Virus record (IMG/VR): IMGVR_UViG_3300044728_000202
Coordinates: 1,515-65,514 of that record
Strand: one strand, 5' to 3'
DNA from: a virus
Taxonomy: Duplodnaviria; Caudoviricetes
DNA: 64,000 nt
The notes below the pieces were generated by a model. It made no database searches. It saw nothing but the letters and a program-made list of their open reading frames with translations, and had not been told where the DNA came from. Positions 1 to 9,076 of the stretch are shown one piece after another (position 1 is the stretch's first letter; every line of letters starts with the position of its first letter). Both the position numbers and the translations under genes were made by a program.

Positions 1-45
1 TCGACACCGGCGCGGTCATCCACATCGCCACCGAGGGGGCGCCCG

Positions 46-201
46 ATGCTCGATGAGATCGAGGAACTGTGGAAGCTCGCGGAAGAGTGCCGCGCGTGGG
101 CTGCCGGTCTGCAGGATCGGTTTGTCGCCGATGAGTTCATCCGCCTGGCCAAGCAGCTTGACGAGATCGCCAAGCGCCTCGCCGCGAGGCTGCCGACATG
201 A
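46..201 (+). CDS. hypothetical protein, 51 aa (not in ORF track)
   Basis: Manual translation MLDEIEELWKLAEECRAWAAG...RLPT; ATGA overlap with next gene. Confidence 0.65.
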   Translation: MLDEIEELWKLAEECRAWAAGLQDRFVADEFIRLAKQLDEIAKRLAARLPT

Positions 202-470
202 GCGAGGATCCGATCGACCGGCTGCGAGCTCACGTCGAGAAGCACAAGGGCAAGGTGCTGGCACCGTTCTCGATCGCCGGGCTGACGACGCTGCTCGGAG
301 AACTCGACCGGCTGCAGGGCGCATTGGCGACCTGCCGTGAACTGCGGGAATACGACGTCAAGGTGCGCGACGCGCTCAAGGCGCAGGTCGACCGCATGTT
401 GGCCACTCGCGCCAAGGTGCTCACCGACGTGCTCACCCACGCCGGGCAGGCGAAGAAGAGGAAAAACTAG
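198..470 (+). CDS. hypothetical protein
   Basis: ORF with normal composition, coupled to upstream gene. Confidence 0.7.
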   Translation: MSEDPIDRLRAHVEKHKGKVLAPFSIAGLTTLLGELDRLQGALATCRELREYDVKVRDALKAQVDRMLATRAKVLTDVLTHAGQAKKRKN

Positions 471-503
471 CTCCCGCGAGGGCGGGGACTCCAGCGCAGC
501 CGA

Positions 504-592
504 GGCGGCAACGGGCGTGTGTAGAACAACAAGGCCGGGTTCGGGTGCCCTCGTGGGTAGGACACACTCCCCGTTAAACCCGGCAAGCCGTC
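504..592 (+). ncRNA. candidate structured RNA / leader with crossing stems
   Basis: 510-522 pairs with 562-575; 534-541 with 577-584; hairpin 546-559; closing stem 504-509/587-592. Confidence 0.4.
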
Positions 593-620
593 GCTCATTA
601 ACAGGAACAGGATCAGGACA

Positions 621-1430
621 ATGACAGCCAACACGAAATTCTACTCCCCGACCGCGCTCTCCGACAGCGAGCTCTACGCGCTCGTTCCGTCGATCTTCAC
701 GCATGGCGGCCACAAGAGCCGCTCCGAGAAGTATCGCCCCATCCCGACCATCACCGCGGTGCGCGCGCTGCGCAACGAGGGCTGGGACTGCTACGGCGCC
801 AGCCAGGCTCGCACCCGGCAGGCCGACCGCGCGCCCTACGTCAAGCACATGCTGAAGTTCCGGCACCGCGATTCCGGCCGCTCAATGCGGGTCGGCGACA
901 CGACGCTCGAAACCATCCTGACCAACGCCAACGACGGCAGCAAAGGCTACCGCCTCGACTGCGGCATCTTCCGCCTCGCCTGCCTCAACGGCATGGTGGT
1001 CAAGAGCAAGGACTTCGGCGCGCTGCTGATCCGTCACACCGGCGACGACGTCGTCGATCGCGTGCTGTCGGGCACCTACGATATTGCCCGCCACGCCGCC
1101 AAGGTGATGGAGGCGCCAGCCAAATGGTCGACCGTCCAGCTGAGCTCACGCCAGATGCGCGACCTCGCAACGTCCGCCCATGAGCTCCGCTTCGGCGACG
1201 ACGAGCGCATCAAGTCGGAACAGCTGCTGATCCCGCGGCGCCCGGCCGACATGGGCCGCGACCTCTGGACCATCTTCAACGTGGTCCAAGAAAACGTGGT
1301 TCAGGGCGGGATATCCGAGGTGTTGCCGCTGCCTGGCTCGCGCGCTTGGACGACGCGCGCTGTTCACGGGATTGACGCCAACCTGCGCCTCAACCGCCAG
1401 CTGTGGGCGGTGGCCGAGAGCTTCGCATGA
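621..1430 (+). CDS. DUF932 (DUF945) domain protein
   Basis: SRSEKYRPIPT, KHMLKFR, NANDGSKGYRLDCGIFRLACLNG, DLWTIFNVVQEN motifs. Confidence 0.85.
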   Translation: MTANTKFYSPTALSDSELYALVPSIFTHGGHKSRSEKYRPIPTITAVRALRNEGWDCYGASQARTRQADRAPYVKHMLKFRHRDSGRSMRVGDTTLETILTNANDGSKGYRLDCGIFRLACLNGMVVKSKDFGALLIRHTGDDVVDRVLSGTYDIARHAAKVMEAPAKWSTVQLSSRQMRDLATSAHELRFGDDERIKSEQLLIPRRPADMGRDLWTIFNVVQENVVQGGISEVLPLPGSRAWTTRAVHGIDANLRLNRQLWAVAESFA

Positions 1431-1624
1431 GCGCGATCACGACCATCCTCTGCGACCGCTGCCGCGACACCGTCATGCCGGACCGAAGCTATCTGCGGCT
1501 GAGCCTCGACATGTTCAGGAACGGCGATGGAGAAATCGGCGCCGTCAAGGAAGTCGACCTATGCGACCGCTGTGAGGCGACCCTGCGGCTGTGGCTGAAA
1601 AAGAAGGTGGAGATCAATGGCTGA
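1427..1624 (+). CDS. small Zn-ribbon-like hypothetical protein
   Basis: CDRC...CDRC; ATGA overlap. Confidence 0.7.
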   Translation: MSAITTILCDRCRDTVMPDRSYLRLSLDMFRNGDGEIGAVKEVDLCDRCEATLRLWLKKKVEING

Positions 1625-1811
1625 CGGATGGATCAACCCGCACGTATGCGCCTGCGGCTCCGGCCGCAGCGCCCGCTGGTTCAAGGACGCGCGCGGCATC
1701 GAGCTCTTCAAGGGCTGTGAGGTCTGCGCTCCCGATCGGCTCAAAACCTACCGGCCGGACGTCCTGACTGACGCGAACTATTGGTCTGACGAAGAGATCG
1801 AGGCCGACTGA
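1617..1811 (+). CDS. small Cys-containing hypothetical protein
   Basis: CACGSG...CEVC. Confidence 0.7.
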   Translation: MADGWINPHVCACGSGRSARWFKDARGIELFKGCEVCAPDRLKTYRPDVLTDANYWSDEEIEAD

Positions 1812-2017
1812 TGCGTGCCGACCGCCTGCCGCTGATCCTCACCTGGCTGAGCCAAGGCCATTCGATGATGGCGCTGACGATGGCGTGGCGGCTCGATGTG
1901 TCGGTCCGCACCGTCTACCGCGACGTCAACATCCTGCGCGAGCAGGGCTACCGTATCGACAGCAGCCCCGGCCACGGCGGTGGGCTGATGCTCAGAAAGA
2001 CAAGGAGAGCGGCATGA
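1811..2017 (+). CDS. stand-alone winged HTH (HTH_11-like) protein
   Basis: LDVSVRTVYRDVNILREQGYRIDSSPGHGGG matches the N-terminal wHTH of YafY/PafB-type regulators. Confidence 0.8.
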   Translation: MRADRLPLILTWLSQGHSMMALTMAWRLDVSVRTVYRDVNILREQGYRIDSSPGHGGGLMLRKTRRAA

Positions 2018-2208
2018 TCGACCTCGATAAACGACGCGAAATGGCCTGCGACGCGCTGGCCACCGCGGTCATGGACATCGCCCAGCACTTCAGCGTCTGC
2101 CCGGTGTGCTTGAGCATGGTGGTCGCCAACGCCTTCGAGCTCGACGCCGACGAAGGCAAGATTCAACATTTCGACGACAGCGTGCCAGACGGCACGACCG
2201 TCCAGTAA
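2014..2208 (+). CDS. hypothetical protein
   Basis: ATG 2014 after AAGGAG; ATGA overlap. Confidence 0.65.
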   Translation: MIDLDKRREMACDALATAVMDIAQHFSVCPVCLSMVVANAFELDADEGKIQHFDDSVPDGTTVQ

Positions 2209-2226
2209 CCAACGAAAGCAGCACAC

Positions 2227-3450
2227 ATGAACGCACATTCCTCGATCCTCGGCGGCTCCAACGCGCAGCGTCTGCTGACCTGCCCGGCGAGCTACCATGA
2301 GCAATTGAAGTCGACGGTCGCCGACATCGAGAGCATCTATGCCGCCGAAGGCACGATGCTGCACAACGTCGTCGCCGACTGCATCACCCGCAAGATCTCC
2401 GCCTCGATGCTGCGCGCCGTCGGCTACAAGACGCACCTGCCAATCATTCTCACCGAGGAGCAGACCGAGACGGTCGCCAAGGGGCTCGATGCGCTGGAGG
2501 AGATCAAGAACCGCTACCCCGGCATGTCGCCGTGGCGGGTCGCCGGGCTGGAGCTCCGCCTGCCTCTGCCAGGCGTCACCGGCGCCTTCGGCAGCGTCGA
2601 TCTGGTGCTGATCAACGACGTCGCCGTCATCATCCTTGATTGGAAATTTGGCGCCGGCGTGCCGGTCTACGCCATCTACGATCTGCCTGACGGCTCGCAG
2701 CAAGTGAACGCGCAGGCGATGTTTTACGCCTGTTGCGCGCGCGCCAAGTTCAAGCGCCGCTTCAAGGGCCGCAAGGTCGTCGTCGCCATCGTGCAGCCGC
2801 GTCTGGACCCGACCTACAGCCTGGTCGAGACCGACGAGGCGGAGCTCGCGGACTTCCATCAGGCCTTCGACAACGCCGTTCAGGAGGCGCTCGGCCGCCA
2901 CGCGCACCGCGAGCGCGGCGACCATTGCAGATTTGCAACCTGCAAATCGACCTGCCCCTTGTGGACCGGGCCGGTGTTCGATCTCGCGATTCTCGAGCCG
3001 CAGAAGGCGATGATGCGGGCCGCCGCCGAACCGGCGTCGACCGAATACGGCGCCTTCCTCTCGCATGCGCTCACCCTGGCCGAGATTGCCGAGACGTGGG
3101 CGGAAGAGATCCGCCGTCAGGCGCACGTTTTCATGGAAGACGGCGGTGCCGTTCGGGAGTGGAAATTGGTGCCCAAGCGCGGCACCCGCAAGTGGGTCGG
3201 CAGCGAGGGAACGACCGCCGAGGCGCTGATGAAGGCCGGCGTCGACCATGCCGACATCTACACCAAGCCGGAGCTCAAGAGCGTCAAGCAGGTCGAAGAC
3301 GCGATCAAGCCCAAGAAGCTCACCGTGCCGGCCGAACTGTTCACCATGGTGTCGACCGGCACCACCATCGCGCGCACGGAAGATGTGCGCCCAGAGAGCA
3401 CCCACGGAACTGTCATCAATGACCTCCGTAAGGCGCTAAAGGCTTTGTAA
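2227..3450 (+). CDS. DUF2800-family PD-(D/E)XK (Cas4-like) exonuclease
   Basis: HSSILGGSNAQRLLTCPAS, AAEGTMLH, FGSVDLV, LDWKFG, GDHCRFATCKSTCP; typical neighbour of SSB and PolA. Confidence 0.85.
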   Translation: MNAHSSILGGSNAQRLLTCPASYHEQLKSTVADIESIYAAEGTMLHNVVADCITRKISASMLRAVGYKTHLPIILTEEQTETVAKGLDALEEIKNRYPGMSPWRVAGLELRLPLPGVTGAFGSVDLVLINDVAVIILDWKFGAGVPVYAIYDLPDGSQQVNAQAMFYACCARAKFKRRFKGRKVVVAIVQPRLDPTYSLVETDEAELADFHQAFDNAVQEALGRHAHRERGDHCRFATCKSTCPLWTGPVFDLAILEPQKAMMRAAAEPASTEYGAFLSHALTLAEIAETWAEEIRRQAHVFMEDGGAVREWKLVPKRGTRKWVGSEGTTAEALMKAGVDHADIYTKPELKSVKQVEDAIKPKKLTVPAELFTMVSTGTTIARTEDVRPESTHGTVINDLRKALKAL

Positions 3451-3539
3451 GTAGCGCCCTTTCGGGGGCTTACTACGAAGTGGACGACGGCTGTCGTGCC
3501 GGCCGATGACAGGCACTTTTAACGTGATAGGAACAGGAC

Positions 3540-4283
3540 ATGGGAACTAATGTAACAACCAAGGCACCGACGGCGTTGTCGCTCGACATCGTCAGCGGGC
3601 TGGTCGGCGGCATCGCGGATTCCCGCGCATCGACGCCGATCATCGGCGGCAAGCCGCTGTTGCGCTTGCTGAAGAGCGGCGTCTGGGTCTTCGGTCAGCA
3701 GGACGACCCGGTGCAGGAAGGATCGGAGTGGGCGGTCAACCCGCTGTCGATCAAGCACGGCTGGTGCTGCTGGTCGTCCAGCCCCGACCCCAAGGTCGTC
3801 AACGAACTGCTCGGCGAGGTTCTCGCGCCGATCAGCGACAAGAAGCCGCCGATGCCCGAGCCCGTGAAGGGCTACGAGTGGAAGGAGCAGCGCGCCTTCG
3901 AGTTGAAGTGCACCAACGGCGATGATGAAGGCGCCGAGGTGCTCTACAAGACCAACTCGATCGGCGGCATGCGCGGTGTCGACAACTTCCTGGCCGAGCT
4001 CATCAAGCAGCTGCAGGAAGATCCGCTCCACCCGGTCGCGCTCGTGCGTCTGAGCGCGGCTCCCTACCAGCATCCGAAGTTCGGACAGATCTTCAATCCG
4101 ATCCTGACGATTGCTCGCTGGGCCGACATGGCCGGGGAGGTCGCCGAGGATGGCGACGACGACGGCAATGGCGGCGCCGCAGCCGCTGTGGCCGCCAAGC
4201 CGGAGCCGGAGCCGGTCAAGGCCAAGGCGCCGTTGCGCCCGGGCGCAGCACCGAAGCGCCAGCGTCCGGCCGTTCGCGCCTGA
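3540..4283 (+). CDS. putative single-stranded DNA-binding protein
   Basis: Sits between the DUF2800 nuclease and PolA; aromatic-rich beta core with acidic/low-complexity tail. Confidence 0.65.
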   Translation: MGTNVTTKAPTALSLDIVSGLVGGIADSRASTPIIGGKPLLRLLKSGVWVFGQQDDPVQEGSEWAVNPLSIKHGWCCWSSSPDPKVVNELLGEVLAPISDKKPPMPEPVKGYEWKEQRAFELKCTNGDDEGAEVLYKTNSIGGMRGVDNFLAELIKQLQEDPLHPVALVRLSAAPYQHPKFGQIFNPILTIARWADMAGEVAEDGDDDGNGGAAAAVAAKPEPEPVKAKAPLRPGAAPKRQRPAVRA

Positions 4284-4296
4284 CACTGATCTATGC

Positions 4297-4320
4297 CGGG
4301 GGTCGAGCAATCGACCCCCG
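4297..4320 (+). terminator. GC-rich hairpin with GCAA tetraloop (terminator or processing site)
   Basis: CGGGGGTCGA-GCAA-TCGACCCCCG, perfect 10-bp stem, no U tract. Confidence 0.5.
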
Positions 4321-4355
4321 CGCACCCCCGCAACCCCTGAATTGCGAGCACACCA

Positions 4356-6563
4356 ATGAATATGCGTCCCGACCTATTCGACGAGCGTGCGCCAGGCGCG
4401 ACGTTCGACATCTACAACATTGGCTGGATCGACTTCGAAACGAAGGGCAGCCTGCCGATCGCCACCGTCGGCACCGACCGCTACGCCCGCAACGCCCGCT
4501 CGCTGATGATCGGGTGGTCGATCGGCACCGACCCGGTCATCGTCACGACGGCGCAGCATTTCGAACTGCCGCTGCGCTGGGCCGACCTGCCGCACGAGCT
4601 CCGCAAGTTTTTCGACCGCGTGGCGCGCGGCGACGCCATTTTTTGCGCTCACAACGCCGGCTTCGACCGGGCGATCTGGAACTACGCCACCGAGGACTTT
4701 CCGGTCCTCGAGCCGTGGATGATCATCGACACGCGGGTTCAGGCGGCGGCGTCCGGCCTGCCGGCGGCGCTCGACGCGGCCTGCCGCTATTCCGGCGCCG
4801 AGATCCTCAAGGACACGCGCGGCAAGGATCTGATCAGGCTGTTCTGCCTTCCCGATTCGACGGCGACGCCGGACAGCCACCCGGACGAATGGCAGGACTT
4901 CCTGCGCTATGCCGGCGTCGACATTGGCGCGATGCGCGAATTGTTCCGCCGCACACGCCAGCTGCCGATCGCCGAGTGGCGCGAGTACTGGGCGGCCGAG
5001 GCGATCAACGACTACGGCGTGACGATCGACCTGCCGCTGGTCGAGGCCGCCGCCAAGATGGCGGAGGCCGACAAGCGGATCTCGGCGCGCGATCTCGACG
5101 ACCTGACCGACGGCGCCGTCGAGACGGTCGACCAGGTGCAGCGCATCATCATCTGGCTGAAGGCGCGGCTGCCCGACGACGGCGTCCACATCCTGATCTC
5201 GGAACACGAAGAGATCGACCTCGACACCGGCGAGATCCTCAAGCCACAGAAGACCTCGCTGACGCGCGATCGTGTCGTCCGGCTTCTGGCGTACCTCGAC
5301 GCCCTCGAAGCCCCCACAGAGCTCACGCGGGCCGCCCAGCGGGTGCTTCAGATCCGACTCTACGGCGGCTCGAAGACCCCGGCAAAATTCGGCAAGATGC
5401 TGACCCAGCACGTCGGCGGCGTGATCCGCGGGCAATACGTCTTCAACGGCGCTTCGCAGACCGGAAGGTTCTCCGCGAAAGGCGTGCAGGTGCACAACCT
5501 CATGCGCACCGCCTTTGATCACGAGATCGACGCGATCGACGCGCTGGTCGGCGGCGCCTCGCCCAGTGAATTCGCCGGGCTCGGCGACGACACGCCGATC
5601 TCGCGCAAGCTGTCGCTGCTGATCCGGCCGAGCCTGATCGCACCGCCCGGCCATGCATTCTGTTGGGGTGACTGGTCGAACATCGAGGCCCGCATCACAC
5701 CCTGGCTGGCCAAGGACCCGGAGGCCGATGCGCGCCTCGCGATTTTCCGGGCGGTCGACAACAAGACGGAGAAGTTCGACGTCTACACGCGCACCGCGGC
5801 ACGGCTATCGCACCTTGAGCTCGGAGAGGTCACCGAGACCATCCGCCAGCGCGGCAAGGTGGTCGAGCTCGCCTGCACATTCGGCGGCGCCCGCAACGCG
5901 CTGCTGTCGATGGCGGCGAGCTACGGCATGCACTTGACCGATCAGGAGGCTGACGCCGCAGTCGCCGTGTGGCGCGAAGAGAACCCATGGGCGCAGCGTT
6001 TCTGGGGCCGCCACGACGATCGCGGATCCTATGGCCTGTGGGGCGCCGCCAACTGCGCCATGGAGACGCCGGGGCAAGCCTTCAGCGTCGGCCGCATCGT
6101 CTATGTCTACCTGAAAGACTATCTCGGCGGATCGCTGCTTTGCCGGCTACCGAGCGGCCGCTATTTGACCTACCGCCGCATCAAGTGGGAGCGCGTCGAA
6201 GAGGTCGACGAAGAGACCGGCGTCATCACCAGTGTTCGCTATGAGCTCATGTTCAGCCGCGACATGGGCCGCATAAAGCTGTGGCCCGGGCTGCTGTGCG
6301 AGAACGCCACGCAGGCCGCCGCCGCCGACCTGATGCGCGGCACGCTGCGCCGTCTGGTCGAGACCGATTGGGAAGGCGTCGTTTCGCTGCACACCCACGA
6401 CGAGATCGTCTGCGAGGCGCCGGAGGACTTGGCCGGCTATGTCGCCGCCGAGCTCAACGACACCATGGAAGCCGGCTTCGAGTGGACGGAGGGGCTGCCG
6501 ATCGCCGCCGACACCAAGATCGGCCGCTGGTACAGCAAATCGCGGGGGTCGATCGGGTTATGA
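4356..6563 (+). CDS. family A DNA polymerase with 3'-5' exonuclease
   Basis: Exo DFET, AHNAGFDR, YAGVD; pol TGRFS, DWSNIEAR, RQRGKVVELACTFGG, HTHDEIV. Confidence 0.95.
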   Translation: MNMRPDLFDERAPGATFDIYNIGWIDFETKGSLPIATVGTDRYARNARSLMIGWSIGTDPVIVTTAQHFELPLRWADLPHELRKFFDRVARGDAIFCAHNAGFDRAIWNYATEDFPVLEPWMIIDTRVQAAASGLPAALDAACRYSGAEILKDTRGKDLIRLFCLPDSTATPDSHPDEWQDFLRYAGVDIGAMRELFRRTRQLPIAEWREYWAAEAINDYGVTIDLPLVEAAAKMAEADKRISARDLDDLTDGAVETVDQVQRIIIWLKARLPDDGVHILISEHEEIDLDTGEILKPQKTSLTRDRVVRLLAYLDALEAPTELTRAAQRVLQIRLYGGSKTPAKFGKMLTQHVGGVIRGQYVFNGASQTGRFSAKGVQVHNLMRTAFDHEIDAIDALVGGASPSEFAGLGDDTPISRKLSLLIRPSLIAPPGHAFCWGDWSNIEARITPWLAKDPEADARLAIFRAVDNKTEKFDVYTRTAARLSHLELGEVTETIRQRGKVVELACTFGGARNALLSMAASYGMHLTDQEADAAVAVWREENPWAQRFWGRHDDRGSYGLWGAANCAMETPGQAFSVGRIVYVYLKDYLGGSLLCRLPSGRYLTYRRIKWERVEEVDEETGVITSVRYELMFSRDMGRIKLWPGLLCENATQAAAADLMRGTLRRLVETDWEGVVSLHTHDEIVCEAPEDLAGYVAAELNDTMEAGFEWTEGLPIAADTKIGRWYSKSRGSIGL

Positions 6564-6994
6564 GAAAAAATACTTACCGCGACACCCCTGGCTACTCCCG
6601 CTGGAAGGGAATCAAGAACCGTTGCCTGCGACCCGAAGTCGAAGCCTTTCCTCGCTATGGCGGCCGCGGCATCACGATCTGCGAACGCTGGCTGACCTTC
6701 GCCAACTTCATCGCCGACGTCGGGTTGCCGCCGTTTCCCGGCGCCATGCTTGAGCGCGAGGACAACAGCCGTGGCTACGAGCCAGGCAATGTGTGCTGGG
6801 CGACCGCCGACGAGCAGAACCGCAACAAGCGCAACAACGTCTGGATCACCGTCGACGACGTCACGCTGGTGCGTAAGGACTGGGCGCGTAGGCTTGGTGT
6901 GAAGGATGGAGCAGTCGTCTACCAAGCCAAGAAGCGCGGCAGCTACGAGGCGGCGGTTCGCTACTTCGAGAACAAGAAGTCGGTCGGGCTATGA
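6560..6994 (+). CDS. HNH-type homing endonuclease
   Basis: YGGRGITICERW..FANFIADVG...LEREDNSRGYEPGNVCWAT..EQNRNKR; starts at ATGA overlap with pol stop. Confidence 0.85.
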   Translation: MRKNTYRDTPGYSRWKGIKNRCLRPEVEAFPRYGGRGITICERWLTFANFIADVGLPPFPGAMLEREDNSRGYEPGNVCWATADEQNRNKRNNVWITVDDVTLVRKDWARRLGVKDGAVVYQAKKRGSYEAAVRYFENKKSVGL

Positions 6995-7968
6995 AATTCG
7001 GGCTATCTCGCGACCTGGCCGCCAGCTTCGCCGGGATGGGTGACGATGAGGCGCTCATCGAGTTGCTGGAAAACCTGCCGAAGCGGCGCTGCGCGTCGGC
7101 GGCGGCGTTCCGCAACACGCTGATGGGCCACGGCTTCGTTGCGGTCAATCCGCTGTTGCTGAGCGATTCCGCCGGGACTGAACAGCAGACCCGTGGTTAC
7201 TTCCAAGCGATCGCGATGGCCATCAAGGGCGTTGTCGCCGACGGTCGCATGATCGATTTCGGCTATGTGCCGAACGCCATCATCAAGGCCGAATCGACAC
7301 GCGCTCGCGAACCCTTCGAGGCCGGCGAGTTGCTGCACCCATATGATGACGGGTGGCTCGGCTTGATGGAGTGGGAGGGCGGCTACAACGGCTATTTCGT
7401 GGTGCCGCACAGCGACAAGGGCGGCAAAGCCACCCTCGTCGTCGAGTTGTACGGCACCAAGGCGCCCGACGGCATCGACATCATCCTGATCTATGACGCC
7501 GTCTCGATCCTCCCGGCGCCCGGCGAGACACGGCTCGGGCCGTTTCCGATGAAGAGCTACCTGCGGTCGCCGGAAGAAGAGCAAGCCTCGGACCAGATGC
7601 GGGCTTCGAACAGCCTCGACCCGCTGGTCTGCATGCTGCGCATGCTGGCCGACGCATCGATCCCGGTCACCCGGTTTGAGGCGCCGGAGAAGCTGAACAA
7701 GGCGCGCGCCAAGTCCGGCAAGCTGCCGATCCCGCCGCACAATGTCGTGCACAGCGGCGACTACGTCAGCCAGATCACATCACACGCGCGTTCGCGCGCA
7801 TCCGATCGCAACGGCCATCACGCCTCGCCGATCGCCCACTGGCGCCGTTCGCACCTGCGCCACCTGCCAGGCCGCGTCGTCAAGGTTCGCTCAAGCAAGG
7901 TAAATTGGCGCGGCGAGACCGAGCTCCGCAGGTTGTTTTCGAAAATTAAGCGTGAGCTCCGGCAGTAA
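6991..7968 (+). CDS. hypothetical phage protein
   Basis: 325-aa ORF, C-terminal HASPIAHWRRSHLRHL motif. Confidence 0.8.
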   Translation: MKFGLSRDLAASFAGMGDDEALIELLENLPKRRCASAAAFRNTLMGHGFVAVNPLLLSDSAGTEQQTRGYFQAIAMAIKGVVADGRMIDFGYVPNAIIKAESTRAREPFEAGELLHPYDDGWLGLMEWEGGYNGYFVVPHSDKGGKATLVVELYGTKAPDGIDIILIYDAVSILPAPGETRLGPFPMKSYLRSPEEEQASDQMRASNSLDPLVCMLRMLADASIPVTRFEAPEKLNKARAKSGKLPIPPHNVVHSGDYVSQITSHARSRASDRNGHHASPIAHWRRSHLRHLPGRVVKVRSSKVNWRGETELRRLFSKIKRELRQ

Positions 7969-7993
7969 TTTCACGACGTGGCTCGAAAAGCAT

Positions 7994-8021
7994 TTGACAG
8001 CGGAGCCAAAGCAATTAACGT
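7994..8021 (+). promoter_or_regulatory. sigma70-like promoter
   Basis: TTGACA (7994-7999), 16 nt, TAACGT (8016-8021), intergenic. Confidence 0.6.
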
Positions 8022-8107
8022 AACTGAGAACGCCCGGCTCGGCAGCCAATCCAAAACCGGGCGTTCTCATGTACTCGTCAACTGACAGTCAACGGAGGTT
8101 TCCAATT

Positions 8108-9076
8108 ATGCTCACTGTTACGCCGAAGTCCAGCGCCGTGCTGGAAATCGAACGCTTGGGATTCGACTGGCACGAAGAGGCTCAGTTCGATCTCGCCCTC
8201 CTCTCGAAGGACCGCCGCGTCCAGGTTCGCGAGGTCGAGCACTACGCGCCGAAGGCACAGGTCGCACAGTACGCCGTGCAAATGGGCCAGACGCCGTTCC
8301 CGCCGATCATCGTCAGCAAGAACAACTGGCTGGTCGACGGCAACACCCGCGAAGAAGCGCGCGTCATGCGCAAGGAGAAGTACACGGCGGCGATCATCAT
8401 CGACGCTGATTTCACGGGCAAGGGCGGCAAGGTCGACGCACGTTTCCACGCGCTGGCCGCGACGCTCAACCAGACCGGCGGTCAGCGTCTGACCCCGGCC
8501 GAAGCCAAGGCCGCGGCCAAGAAGATCCTGTCGGTCGAGGGCTGGAAGCCGGAGCAGATCTCCCGCGCCGTCGGCATCAAGGGTTCGCTGGTGTCGCAGG
8601 TCAAGCGTGAGCTCGCCGCCGAAGGCAAGTTCGCCAAGGTCGGTTTCAACGGCAAGCTGTCGCCTGTCGTCGTCCGCGCCTTCGGTTCCGATCTCCTGAC
8701 CGGCCTCAACGACGTGCCGTTCAAGAAGCTCGCCGAGCTCGCCGTCGACGCCAACCTGGGTGCCAAGGAAGTCACCGACATCGCCAAGGAGATGAAGGCG
8801 ACCGGCTCCGACGCCGGGATGATCGGCCACGTCGACGCCAAGCGCGCCGAGATGGTCGAGCGCATCAAGGAGCACGCCCTGCTCGGCAACGGCAAGCCGG
8901 CGCCGTCGTCGATGCTGCGCCGCTCGCTCGGCATGGTCGTCAAGTATCTGGCGACGCCGTCGTCGCTGGTCGAATACTCGCCGGCCGCGATGCAGGACCA
9001 CTTCAACGCGGTCAAGGCGGCGGTCGACGTTCTGCAGCGCGTGCTGGAACTGCAGGAGGAAGCCATCAATGCTTGA
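8108..9076 (+). CDS. ParB/Srx-like N-terminal domain + HTH protein
   Basis: FPPIIVSKNNWLVDGNTREEA, then HTH; ATG 8108 follows GGAGG (ORF track starts at 8069). Confidence 0.75.
   Translation: MLTVTPKSSAVLEIERLGFDWHEEAQFDLALLSKDRRVQVREVEHYAPKAQVAQYAVQMGQTPFPPIIVSKNNWLVDGNTREEARVMRKEKYTAAIIIDADFTGKGGKVDARFHALAATLNQTGGQRLTPAEAKAAAKKILSVEGWKPEQISRAVGIKGSLVSQVKRELAAEGKFAKVGFNGKLSPVVVRAFGSDLLTGLNDVPFKKLAELAVDANLGAKEVTDIAKEMKATGSDAGMIGHVDAKRAEMVERIKEHALLGNGKPAPSSMLRRSLGMVVKYLATPSSLVEYSPAAMQDHFNAVKAAVDVLQRVLELQEEAINA

Noticed and set aside
1-10. Terminal redundancy between window ends
   Set aside because: Only CGACACC (7 nt) is shared; no real overlap
504-592. HDV-like, hammerhead or twister ribozyme assignment
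   Set aside because: Topology is loosely HDV-like but P1.1 GG, L3 consensus and J4/2 are missing; no CUGANGA/GAAA core. Same result for 3451-3520 and 41336-41401
4356-6563. Intein or intron in polymerase (also checked terL and capsid)
   Set aside because: Motifs are continuous with normal spacing; the HNH is free-standing after the stop codon
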